DNA of 63,725 bases, filler included, from Welwitschia mirabilis (taxonomy: Eukaryota): assembly GCA_051453625.1 (NCBI GenBank). It is 7 parts of one record of this genome, joined end to end, with 100 filler letters (N's around TTAATTAATTAA, not from the genome) between each part and the next. Parts side by side here need not be neighbours in the genome. Positions count along the whole stretch, not along the records: positions 31,163 to 44,957 come from JBOZIK010000001.1; positions 45,058 to 56,621 come from JBOZIK010000001.1; 5 more parts are not named here. One strand, written 5' to 3'. Position 1 is the stretch's first letter, and each line of letters begins with the position of its first letter. The notes under the pieces were generated by a model. It saw only the letters and a list, made by a program, of their open reading frames with translations. It ran no database searches and was not told the DNA's origin. Of this stretch, positions 34,890-46,273 are shown piece by piece. Position numbers and translations under genes: made by a program.

Positions 34890-37379
34890 TACTCCTAACC
34901 CCATCTCTCCTTATAAAAGGGACTTAAACCTTTTATTGTATTCATATTTGCCGTGGATAATTATAGCACCTTAGNNNNNNNNNNNNNNNNNNNNNNNNNN
35001 NNNNNNNNNNNNNNNNNNNNNNNNNNNNNNNNNNNNNNNNNNNNNNNNNNNNNNNNNNNNNNNNNNNNNNNNNNATGTTTAATATCTTAAAAAAATACTT
35101 AAAATACCCTATCAAATACATGTAAGTTGGCAGTACAACACACTCCTAACCCCCTCTCTCCTTATAAAAGGGACTTAAACCTTTTATTGTATTCATATTT
35201 GCCTTGGATAATTGTAGCACCTTGGAGAATTAATTTGTTATAGCTTGTTAGGAAATACTTTGGGGGAGTAAACTAGTCTTCAGGATTGTATGAGAAGTTC
35301 TTCTTCTTTCTTCTTCTTGTGCTATAAAGTTGTTCTTTTTTTGTAATATAAAAGTTCCTTTCTTTAGTTTTAATTCATTAGNNNNNNNNNNNNNNNNNNN
35401 NNNNNNNNNNNNNNNNNNNNNNNNNNNNNNNNNNNNNNNNNNNNNNNNNNNNNNNNNNNNNNNNNNNNNNNNNNNNNNNNNATAAAAGTTACTTTCTTTA
35501 GTTTCAATTCATTAGTAATGTCATAATTGAAATGCTTAGGTAACTACTTTAACTATCAAGTTTGTTTTATTTGTATAAATTCACTTTTATCACTTAATCT
35601 TTTAGTTTCATAGATATTGAGTACTTTAGGAGTCCTTACTTTCTATTGTTATTTCAAGTTAAAATGTTAAGTAAATTTCCCATTTATCATATGGAGGATG
35701 AGATTATGCCCCATGACTTGAGCCAAATGAATTTGATGAGTTGAAGTATTTTATAGGAACGATAGTTACATAACATTAGATTAAAGGAGTTCTTGAGGAT
35801 GAATCAATAATACCTTGGAGCTATTCGCTTCCTGCTCTAAAAGATAAATTTCAAATATAAAAATTACTTCATGTCTTTTCCTCTTTTCTTTCTTCTTGTC
35901 ATTTGCTTTAAAGTTAAAGTAGTGTAAATCTAAACCAATTCCCCATTTTATCCTTGAGGAATAACAATAGCTAAGTGAAAACTTAGCTTAAATCTAAAAC
36001 ATTATACCATAATTAACATATAGCATCTATGTAGGGTAAACATTACCAAGTAATGCTATGAGAACAATAGTTAAGTAATCTTATTTATTTACTATACATT
36101 ATTAAGTCTGGAGGTGATATAAGAAATAAATGTCCCCAAACCTTATAAAAATAAATGAGAAAGATACACTTATGATAGAATTATTCATGATAAAAGGTTC
36201 AGCTAAGGTAACCCATTATCTATAATCATGTATAGAAAGAACATGAGTCAAAGCAATAAATGTTTCTTAAAAGTCAGAGATAACTCACTTAAGTAATAAT
36301 TCATTATTAAGGTAAGACTTAAATGATGATCTAATAATTAAAATCAATACTATTAATCAATTTTAAAAGAAATCTTTTATAATGAATGAGTAATAAAGTG
36401 CATTACCCATATTATAATATTTAACGATGAGGATTAATGATGAGTATAACTCATCATTTATACATGGTAATAGAGGGAGTGGATGACTTATCATTACATA
36501 GAATTAATAAGAGTACTTCATTAATGAATTATCATTAACATTGATTTAATCCTATTATTTCACTAATAATAAACCCTTACATGTAATAATTATTCTTTAT
36601 GTAAATAAGAGCTCATCATTCATTAATGATGTTCCATCATTTATGATGATACCTTATCATTAGTTAGTGATGACTCATTATTTGAAATAAGATTAATCAT
36701 TAGAAAATGATGACTCATCATTAGTGTTATATATATATATATATAGAGTACCTAAATATTTAAAGTCATTATCAAAATAAATAGTAGTTCATTACTTATA
36801 AATGAACAGTTATTATTTATATAATAGAATTTATGATAAGGTTAAACATTTAAAATTTTTCATTGCTTTGATAAATGATTAAATTATATTTAAAAACTAT
36901 AAACCTATTTTAATAGGATGGGTATATAAAAGGTAGATAAAATATGTACAAGTAGGTAAAAATGGTTTTTTATAAATGGTAATTACTCTAGTAAAACCCT
37001 ACTTACAATTATAATTTAAGAATTTACATAATCATATCTAATTTTTAGAAAACTATCAACCTCCATAGTTTTGAAAATATATTTCAATCCTCTTCTTAAG
37101 CAAAGTACATATTATAGGTATGAACTTTCTTTACTTTAATTATAGCATTTTCATTTTGTAAGGTTAAATCCTATAAACTAGGATTTAGCTTCTAAATAAA
37201 AGTTTATTATTTTCTTCTCAAAGGTTATAATAGTATCAAAGTGAATTATACATTTTTATTAGAAAATCCCCATTTAGTAGGATAGAAACATTGAATTGTA
37301 GAGTTAAATGAAAAAAATTACCTATACAAAAAAGTAACTACTTAGAATCTCATGTTAAAAAATTTTATATTTCTTTAGA

Positions 37380-40300
37380 AGAGATTATAGAAGATAATGT
37401 AAAAATAGTTTTTAAATTCTTAATTGTTGAACTACATATTTAGTTTAATAAAGAATTTATTTAGAGTTTTACTAGATTTAGCTTTACATGTGAGATTGTA
37501 AGTTTAAATGTTAGGAAAAGGAATAAATTTAAACCTCTACATAGAAATTACATGAGCAGTCTAAATTGACAAGTGGGAATAGAAATAAGTATAATAAAGA
37601 ATTAACTTTTAGGCTTATTTATATGGATATTATTCTAGTTAATAATAAATAAAGAAGATTAATTTATGTTTGATTTAAAGTTTTAAAAGCTTGGTTTGAC
37701 TTAGCCAATCATTAAACATAGATTTACCTTAGACTATTATAACTAGGATGACGACTTTCAAAAATTAAATGTTGGCTAGTAAAAGGCCATTCTGGCAATA
37801 TAGCACATAGCTCTAGTTATTTACTCTTAATGAATTTAATGTCCAAATAGGTTTACTATTATCCATGGTTATGTGTACTATTAAAGAAATTTCATAAATT
37901 GTGAAAAAAGATTTGAAAGCTAATTTTGAAGATGTTATAAATATTTTGTCTTCCAAAATAAAAAAAATTACATTTAATGAATTCTTCCTCTAGTAATGCT
38001 TCCTTTGATAATTTTGATGAAATAGAAAAAATAGAAAACTAAAATAAAATTTTAAAAAGCTAGATCATTTAGTTGTAATAGGAATAATTATGGTAAAGTA
38101 GTTTAAAATCTAGGGATTTTGACAGTTATAGATTAAAATTTCTAGATTATCACAAGAAAACCAAATTTTAAAGGCAAAAACATAATTTAAATAATTGAAG
38201 TATAAAAACTATCCTAAATCATGGAATCTAAAGTTTCACAATAATTAAGATGCATTCAATTTATGATTCATGGTTTTTTGAAAACCAAGAGAGTGGATGG
38301 TAAAATTATTAGATAATAATATACACCTATTCATTATTTATCTTATTCTAATAAAACTTTTAAAAGACAAATTCAACATTGTAAAGAAAAAAAAAGATGC
38401 TTCAAAACTAAAAGAAGTAATAATAAGTTTGTAAAACAAATTGAAAATCTAATTAAGATGAATGAAAAAAATAGTGAATAGGAATTAAGAATTATTACAA
38501 AAAATTAAAAACTTAAAATAAAATGGTTTTTAATATCTTTAAATAAAGAAGAATTATTTGTAGTTTTAGAAAATTCTTATAAATAGATAGTTGGATCTAT
38601 TATTTGGAAGATCGTATTCTCTAAACTAAAAGTAAAAAAATGCCAAATTAAATGATGATAATTCTAAACTATAAAGATATTTGAGGAAGGATTCTAATCT
38701 TTATGGAGTTTACACTAATATTTAGAGGTTTAAAATACCTCATCCCAAAATACTATATGATTTAATTAAATAATTTTATTTAGAGTATGTTAATACTATC
38801 AAAAACTATATGGATATAACTATTTTTTAATTATAGCATTAATGTTTTTGAAAATAATTTAGTCATTGGTCCAAATGACCCATCTAGCTTAATACAACAA
38901 ATGATGAAGTAAAATAAAAATTTTTCATTACAAATACTAAATAATAATGCTTCTTCAAAAGATATTATTCATAACTTAAAAAATTAGAGGTAAACTATTT
39001 TATAGATTTTGCATAAACACATATAATTAACTAAGAAAATTTAACTAGTAATGATAAATACTTACTTAAGAAATTTTGAGGGCCTAGTAAATTCTCTAAT
39101 CAAAACATTTAAATAGAAACTATAAGAAAAATAAAATATTCTAAGGTATTTTTTTTTAAAGTATAGCTTAAAGTAAAGATTTACTTTTTTTTAGAAGAAG
39201 AATTAAAGTAATAACAAGATATGTATCAAGATTTAAAAGATAAAAATGTTTGAAAGGCATATCAAAAGCTCTAGCTAAAAACTAGTTATAAAAGAAGAAG
39301 AGCAGTGCACCTTCTCATTGTTACCTGATGATAAAATAGATTTTAAATAAATTAAATATAATGTTTATATTATTTCTACTAGCCTCGAAGAATTTATGAA
39401 TGCTTGGTCAAATAAAGAAGAAGGAGAAAAGAAGAAAAAATCAATTAGACGGTCAACTAGTTATTACCAGGGGTGATCTTCTAGTACCATTATAAGTGAA
39501 GAATTTTAATAGGACATCAACAATCGACTATTAAGTGGTCAACTTCCCATTTTAGCTAAAAATGGAGTTTTCAATAGTGGTAAACCACCTATTATTAAGG
39601 GTTCAATCACCTAAAGACTTTTTCATCATCTAAAGACTTTTGCAATACTTCATGACGAGGTAGACCAAATATGTAATGTTCCAAAATCACTTTTAATTAA
39701 ATAATTAGTATTAAATGTAATTAAAAGTATAACTAAGGATAACTACTATATAACAAAAGGGTGTAACCCTTAAATTGTAACATTGTGTCCCTTCATCTTG
39801 GTTCTTAATCCTATGGTATTAGATGAGGATGGGAATATTGGCTAATTTTTAAGAGCCCTAGGAGAGGTGTTAAGGTCATATTCTATGTCTTTAACTTTGA
39901 TCACTAGTTCAAGGCTAGATTAAGGTGTAAAAGAGAAACTGTTAATATTTTAATAAAGATATACTTCATTTCTATCCAATTGATGTGTTATTAAATTCCT
40001 TATTCTTTAATTTCTAGTGTTCCTTATTAAAATGCAAAGTTCAATCCTAATTTATTAATTTGGAATATTATAATTAATATTAAAGCCATTAAGATACTAA
40101 ACTACTATCTTTTAAAGATTCAAACAGAAGTAAAAAATGAAAGATAGATGTCAAAATAAACACCTAATTTTCATTAATATCCATACTTATATTACAAAAA
40201 TTTGAAGAATAACAAAGTAAAAACATAGAGAATTCAATAGAAGTCAAAATAGAGTTCATACAATAAAGTTACAACCAAAACTTTGATAAAAACTAATAAA

Positions 40301-40442
40301 AAATTTTAGTATCCTGATAAAGATGGCTATTTTTTAGCAATTTCTAGATAGAATTTTAAAAAAAAATTTAAACCAAATAAAGTTTTACTTTATTTGCCCC
40401 CTATTAAGCTCTTCATAACCTATCAAGAGTGGGATCATAATA
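37380..40442 (+). pseudogene. Extremely decayed retroelement coding relic (DUF4283-like segment, then gag-, protease- and RT-start-like fragments)
   Basis: Weak motifs only: NKED..PIIKHRFTLDY..DDDFQKLNV and IGLLLSMVMCT (DUF4283-like); FKIPHPKILYD (gag-like); PYSLISSVPY (protease-like); VHTIKLQP (RT start-like). No open frames. Confidence 0.35.
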
Positions 40443-40589
40443 NNNNNNNNNNNNNNNNNNNNNNNNGTTATGGCCAAAATAGTGAAGGTATCTCTTTATT
40501 AGCTTAAGTTAATCGTACTTAACATTAGTTAATATTAGTTTAGTTTAGTGTACTCACTTAACTAAGACATATTAGATGAAAAATAAGTT

Positions 40590-42180
40590 TGATGTCACAC
40601 TAGATCTATAAGGCTGAATTTGTACTTAAAGGATCTGACCCGTGATGTCACAGCTACTAAGAAAACTCAACATCGCACTTGAAGGGACCCATCTCCAACA
40701 TTATAGTTACTTAGAAAATTCAATGTTGCACTTGAAATGTCCGATCTCAAACATCGTAGTTACTCTAAAACGTACCTCTAATGTTAAAATTTCTTAGAAA
40801 ATGTGATGTTAGTCCCACTTCTAATATCATAATTTCTTAGAAAACCTGACGCCATACTTAGCTGACTAAAGCCTGACGTCACATTTAATCCCCCAAAGAC
40901 ATGATGTAGCACTTGGTTGACTAGATCTTGATATCACACTTGATCTCTTAAAGGCCTAATATTGCACTTAACAAACTAGAAATCGATGTTACGCTTGATT
41001 CTATAGAGGCCTAACATTTTACTTGATTGACTGGAATTTGATATTATACTTAACTCCTAAAGGCTTGATGTTGCACTTGGTTGATTAAAGATCGATGTCA
41101 TACTGGCTCTCCTAAAGGCTTAACATAATACTTGGCTGACTGAAACCTGATGTCACACTTGACCCTTGAAGGCTTAATGCTATACTTCATCGACTGAAGC
41201 NNNNNNNNNNNNNNNNNNNNNNNNNNNNNNNNNNNNNNNNNNNNNNNNNNNNNNNNNNNNNNNNNNNNNNNNNNNNNNNNNNNNNNNNNNNNNNNNNNNN
41301 CTCTCCTAGAGGCTTAACATCATACTTAGCTGACTAAAACCTTATGTCACACTTGACCCTTAAAGGCTTAATGCTATACTTGGTCGAATGAAGCCAATAT
41401 TGCACTTGAATTCTTAGAGGCTTAACATCACACTTGACTTACTGAAGCTTGACATCACACTTGACCCTTCAGAGGCCTGGTGTTATACTTGATTGACTAG
41501 ATCATAATTTCATACTTGATTCCCCTAGAGGCTTGACATCACACTAGACTAACCATAGTCTGACATCACACTTGGCTGACAGAAACCTGATGTTATATCT
41601 AACTAATCAATATCTGATGTCATACTTGACCATAGAAGTCTAATGTCATAGTTGGAGTCCAATGTCATACTTTTCTAATAGAGATATAATGTCACACTTA
41701 ACTAACTGAAGTTTAACATTACACTTAGTTATATAATTATAACATCATAGTTAAATCCCAATGTCGTACTTAATCACAGAAGTTTGACATCACAGTTGGA
41801 GTCCAATATTGTGCTTGGTTCACAAAGATCCAACATCCCACTTGTATAATCAAAGTCTAAGGTCACTTCTGGTCATAAAAGTATAACATCATAGTCAAAG
41901 TTTAATGTTGTACTTAATTCATTGAGGCATAGCATTGCACTTGTCTAATAGAATCTAATGTCATACTTAGTCATACAATTCTAACATTACAATTAGTATC
42001 CAATGTTGTACTGAGTTCATAGAAACCTGATGTCACACTTATCCAATTGAAGTTTGATGTTATACTTGATCATAAAAGTTTGATGTCATAGTTGGAGTCT
42101 AATGTTATACTTAATTAATAGAAGATTATGTCACACTTACCTCTTCCATAGGCCTAACATCACACTTACCCGTCCACAAG
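40590..42180. repeat. Degenerate tandem array of about 20-28 bp units with core TGATGTCACACTT
   Basis: Dozens of variants of (C/T)TGA(T/C)GTCACACTT(G/A) separated by short, recurring linkers. Confidence 0.9.
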
Positions 42181-42429
42181 TCTAATGATGGTTACACAAG
42201 TTACCAAGTAATTCTATTGATTACTAAAAATTAATTAACCATCATAATGGTTGCAAAATAACCTTTGAAAAGTAAGCCTATTTAAAGGCCAATAGAACCT
42301 ATAGAAAGAAGATAGTAGAAAGGAGATATAGAACACACTGAAGAGTAATGGAATAAAGAGTAAATTCTCAAATAGATACTATTAAGAATAACTAAATGAG
42401 GTTCACTCATAGAATCAAGAACTCTCTAA

Positions 42430-44957
42430 CAAAATGGATTTACTTCTTTCATGCTTGGAATAATAAAGCTACCTAATGGATCAAGATCTGCATGGACCAC
42501 TAGAATAACCTTCCACTTCTAAACAAAAGTCTCTTGCTAGACAGCTTAATTTTTAAAGCTTGTAAATCAATCTTCTTAATATAGAAGATAATATTTAAGC
42601 ATTCTTATAAAATTAAGTAAATGATTCAATAGAAAAAGAAAGAGAGAATAATGAAATTTTAAAAATGATATGTTGGCAAATATATAAGGGTAAACCAAAA
42701 ACCAGTGGGGAAGTTGTGTCATGAATTCAATAAATAGAAAATATTTTACTCTCCATAGTACATCACTAGAAAGGAGATGCATCTATATGCTAAATTCCTC
42801 ATAAAAAATGCACAATAATTGTGGCTTCGATGCTAATAAATGTTGAATCATACAATTAATTAAGAGATTCTTGTACAAGAATTCAAAAAGAAGTTTAGTT
42901 CTGATTACTTCATTGAAGATCAGATGGTTGAATTCCAATGCTTATGTGTGGGAAAACGTATATTAGATGAACATTGATTAGAATTCTAATGCTTAGTAAA
43001 GTATTAGAAAATGTTTTTATAGAAGTATCTTATTAATAGTTTTATTAACATATTCCCATCAAAGATCTAAATTATTTTACATACCTTATGAATCAAATAA
43101 CTTAAGTATGCTTATAGGAATATGAGGTACTATCTTGAAGCACAGGATAATATGTGGATAGATAACTAGCCTAGTCAATCAAGATCTCTAAATTAAACTA
43201 GAAATTAACCTCTGGATGATGGATTTCAAGGTAACAACATTATAAATGTAAGAAGGAAGAACACATTATTAGAAACTATATTTTTAAGAATTATGTACTA
43301 ATCCTCCAATACAAAAGTAGCTTCAAGGCCATCAATGATAATTACCACCTACAAAACACTTGTACACTACTCCATACATAGATTTGCTTCTAACTAGTTT
43401 TAGTTATAGAATTACATGATTTTATTTCTTAGTTTTCTTATTAACTTCTTAGTAAATAATGATTCCTCCTATAATTCTTTCATTCTTTATTATTCCATAA
43501 ATCAAATATCACCTGATTCAATGAGNNNNNNNNNNNNNNNNNNNNNNNNNNNNNNNNNNNNNNNNNNNNNNNNNNNNNNNNNNNNNNNNNNNNNNNNNNN
43601 NNNNNNNNNNNNNNNNNNNNNNNNNNNNNNNNNNNNNNNNNNNNNNNNNNNNNNNNNNNNNNNNNNNNNNNNNNNNNNNNNNNNNNNNNNNNNNNNNNNN
43701 NNNNNNNNNNNNNNNNNNNNNNNNNNNNNNNNNNNNNNNNNNNNNNNNNNNNNNNNNNNNNNNNNNNNNNNNNNNNNNNNNNNNNNNNNNNNNNNNNNNN
43801 NNNNNNNNNNNNNNNNNNNNNNNNNNNNNNNNNNNNNNNNNNNNNNNNNNNNNNNNNNNNNNNNNNNNNNNNNNNNNNNNNNNNNNNNNNNNNNNNNNNN
43901 NNNNNNNNNNNNNNNNNNNNNNNNNNNNNNNNNNNNNNNNNNNNNNNNNNNNNNNNNNNNNNNNNNNNNNNNNNNNNNNNNNNNNNNNNNNNNNNNNNNN
44001 NNNNNNNNNNNNNNNNNNNNNNNNNNNNNNNNNNNNNNNNNNNNNNNNNNNNNNNNNNNNNNNNNNNNNNNNNNNNNNNNNNNNNNNNNNNNNNNNNNNN
44101 NNNNNNNNNNNNNNNNNNNNNNNNNNNNNNNNNNNNNNNNNNNNNNNNNNNNNNNNNNNNNNNNNNNNNNNNNNNNNNNNNNNNNNNNNNNNNNNNNNNN
44201 NNNNNNNNNNNNNNNNNNNNNNNNNNNNNNNNNNNNNNNNNNNNNNNNNNNNNNNNNNNNNNNNNNNNNNNNNNNNNNNNNNNNNNNNNNNNNNNNNNNN
44301 NNNNNNNNNNNNNNNNNNNNNNNNNNNNNNNNNNNNNNNNNNNNNNNNNNNNNNAGTGAACATCAAAATTAACTTCTATTAATCAACCTTACTAATTCCA
44401 TATTCAATTTGAAGAATGACTTCTAAAAGTATAGGGAGAGGAATTGGATTTACATTTTATGCAAGAAGTTTTAGATTTCATGGAGTCCCACAGGTTATCA
44501 TTTTAAGTATAGATTTGAAGTTTATATTTGGATTTTAGTTTTAATATTTTATGAAGCCTCATAGATTATCACTGTAAGTAGATATCCCAAGTTCCAACTT
44601 GGTGTTCAGTATCACTTATCATCTAGAATCTACATACCTTATAGATATTGATTCACTACTCATATTTTGAGGCTATTATGGAAGAAAATATTTAATTCTA
44701 CTAATTCAGTTGGACTTCATACAAAGAAATATTTAAAGTAATAAAAAACCACATTCTAATAAGACTACAATAGAAGAGTTAATCAATAGAATCATAAAGG
44801 CACTGATAAGTAGCTCAAGATTAGTATAATGAATTCTATGACCAAACACATTTTAGTTAAAGATTTTAAATCAGAGATTAACTGCTACTATAAATCACTG
44901 AAAGAATAAAGATTTGACTCATAAGTTAGAGTTATCATTTAAGATGTTTTGACTTCA
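42430..44957 (+). mobile_element. Ty3/gypsy (Tekay/Del-like) relic: gag and integrase C-terminal part on either side of an N gap
   Basis: gag KGDASI...QEFKKKFSSDYFIEDQMVEFQCL at about 42770-43000. Integrase HGVPQVII...DLKF and YGRK at about 44480-44690. Confidence 0.7.
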
Positions 44958-45659
44958 NNNNNNNNNNNNNNNNNNNNNNNNNNNNNNNNNNNNNNNNNNN
45001 NTTAATTAATTAANNNNNNNNNNNNNNNNNNNNNNNNNNNNNNNNNNNNNNNNNNNNACATGTTTTTGTTTATTGTCCCTTTGTCTAACAAGCATAGACA
45101 TTGTGTTTTTTAATTCTTGGATTTATTAAGTAACAGAATTTATCTACTCTTTTTATTTGTGTAGGCACTATAAATGTTGATACCGTTGTAGTATTCTAAA
45201 ATATGCTTAAACTTGAAATCTTATTTTGCATGTGGAAGTAAAGATGTGATGCGATTTTTAAGTGATAACCAGATATGAAAAGTTTTAACTTTTAGTTGAA
45301 GTTGAATCTCTACACTAATTTTCAACGTAGGTTTATGGCAGAAGATAAAAGTATTCAAAGGAGAGTCACGATCTCCTTCTTTTTTGAGAACGTGGCCAAA
45401 TACACCATATTCAATTCCTAAATTTTTTTCATAAAGACCTTTAATCACCTCTTTTTAACTCATGTAATGATAGACCACTACTCTTTCTATAACTAAGCAT
45501 AGAGCTAGAGGGCGCCCGCCCTTCACTCTTCTGTTGAAAAATGCTATTGGATGAAAACTTGTGTGGAAGGTAGTGGCCATGACAAACAGAACGTGACAAG
45601 TCTATATCCTTGAAATATACCAACAACCCTACAGAAAGACCTCCACCGTGTCCGTGTCA

Positions 45660-46085
45660 TAACCAAGGACACGTCAAAATCTGAGAGGCAGAGTTTGGTG
45701 AGTGAGCTTTTATGCCAATTAACATCTAATTAAACACTTTATTTTAATTGCAGTGCAGCTGGTCTATTCCATCGAATATTATGAAAACCCAATTTTAATA
45801 TAATAATGCTGCAAATTACGTGCCTACACTTCTGCGAGAGCGTGACGTTTGCTGCAGAATAGCTGAACATTTGAGAGACAGCATGGACGGGGAGTAGGTG
45901 CTATCACGTGCTACAGCGTTGGCTATGCAGGCTGCACGGCCTTCCATTTGACGGGAAACTCAGTCCCTCCGGCACATCCCCCGCCCAAAACATTCAACCA
46001 CACTGAAAATTTGACGGTGCTAAAGATTTCGCTGAGAGTCACCAGGAATAGGATGTGTCCAGACGGTCTCCCCATATATACCCTT
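45660..46085 (+). promoter_or_regulatory. Putative laccase promoter: TATA-like box, G-box and SMRE/AC-type MYB sites
   Basis: CATATATA at about 46073-46080; CACGTG at 45905-45910; GTTTGGT at 45693-45699 (ACCAAAC on the minus strand); AGTAGGT at 45893-45899 (ACCTACT on the minus strand). These are short motifs and could occur by chance. Confidence 0.4.
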
Positions 46086-46273
46086 GGAATTGATCAAAAC
46101 ACATAATTTATGTTGTTTCTGGTAATAAAGCAGACCGACGGCATCAAGTTTCGAACTCGGAGAGCAGGAAGTGTTGCAGGATTGAGTTAGAAGCCAAGCG
46201 TCTGGTCTTTGCGTTTGCATTTCTGTGCTCAGAGTGAACTCCAATCGGTTACAGGAACTTTTCTGGACATTTC

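Larger units (their letters stand above)
17187..35140 (-). mobile_element. Athila-like Ty3/gypsy element with both LTRs, degenerate gag-pol, an extra ORF and a nested insertion
   Basis: 3' LTR 17187-18293 (TGTTGTG...CACAACA) followed by PPT complement TAGCCCCCCACTTT. 5' LTR from about 34100 to 34889, with its end duplicated to 35140. Flanks are CACCC (17182-17186) and CACTC (35141-35145). gag 32120-32443; LKPLSNGLKYIF near 26100; VKQVRSFLGYY near 25200; PPPWYVNIVNYL at 24429-24674; integrase 23350-24190. Confidence 0.8.

Noticed and set aside
37600..37830. Endogenous caulimovirid movement protein (LIYMDIILV...GNIAHSS)
   Set aside because: It needs several frameshifts, a DUF4283-like reading fits better, and no clear viral coat protein or RT follows. 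It cannot be fully excluded without a profile search.
40590..42180. CRISPR-like repeat-spacer appearance
   Set aside because: The repeats are degenerate, the spacers are short and recur, no cas genes are present, and the context is a plant retrotransposon region.
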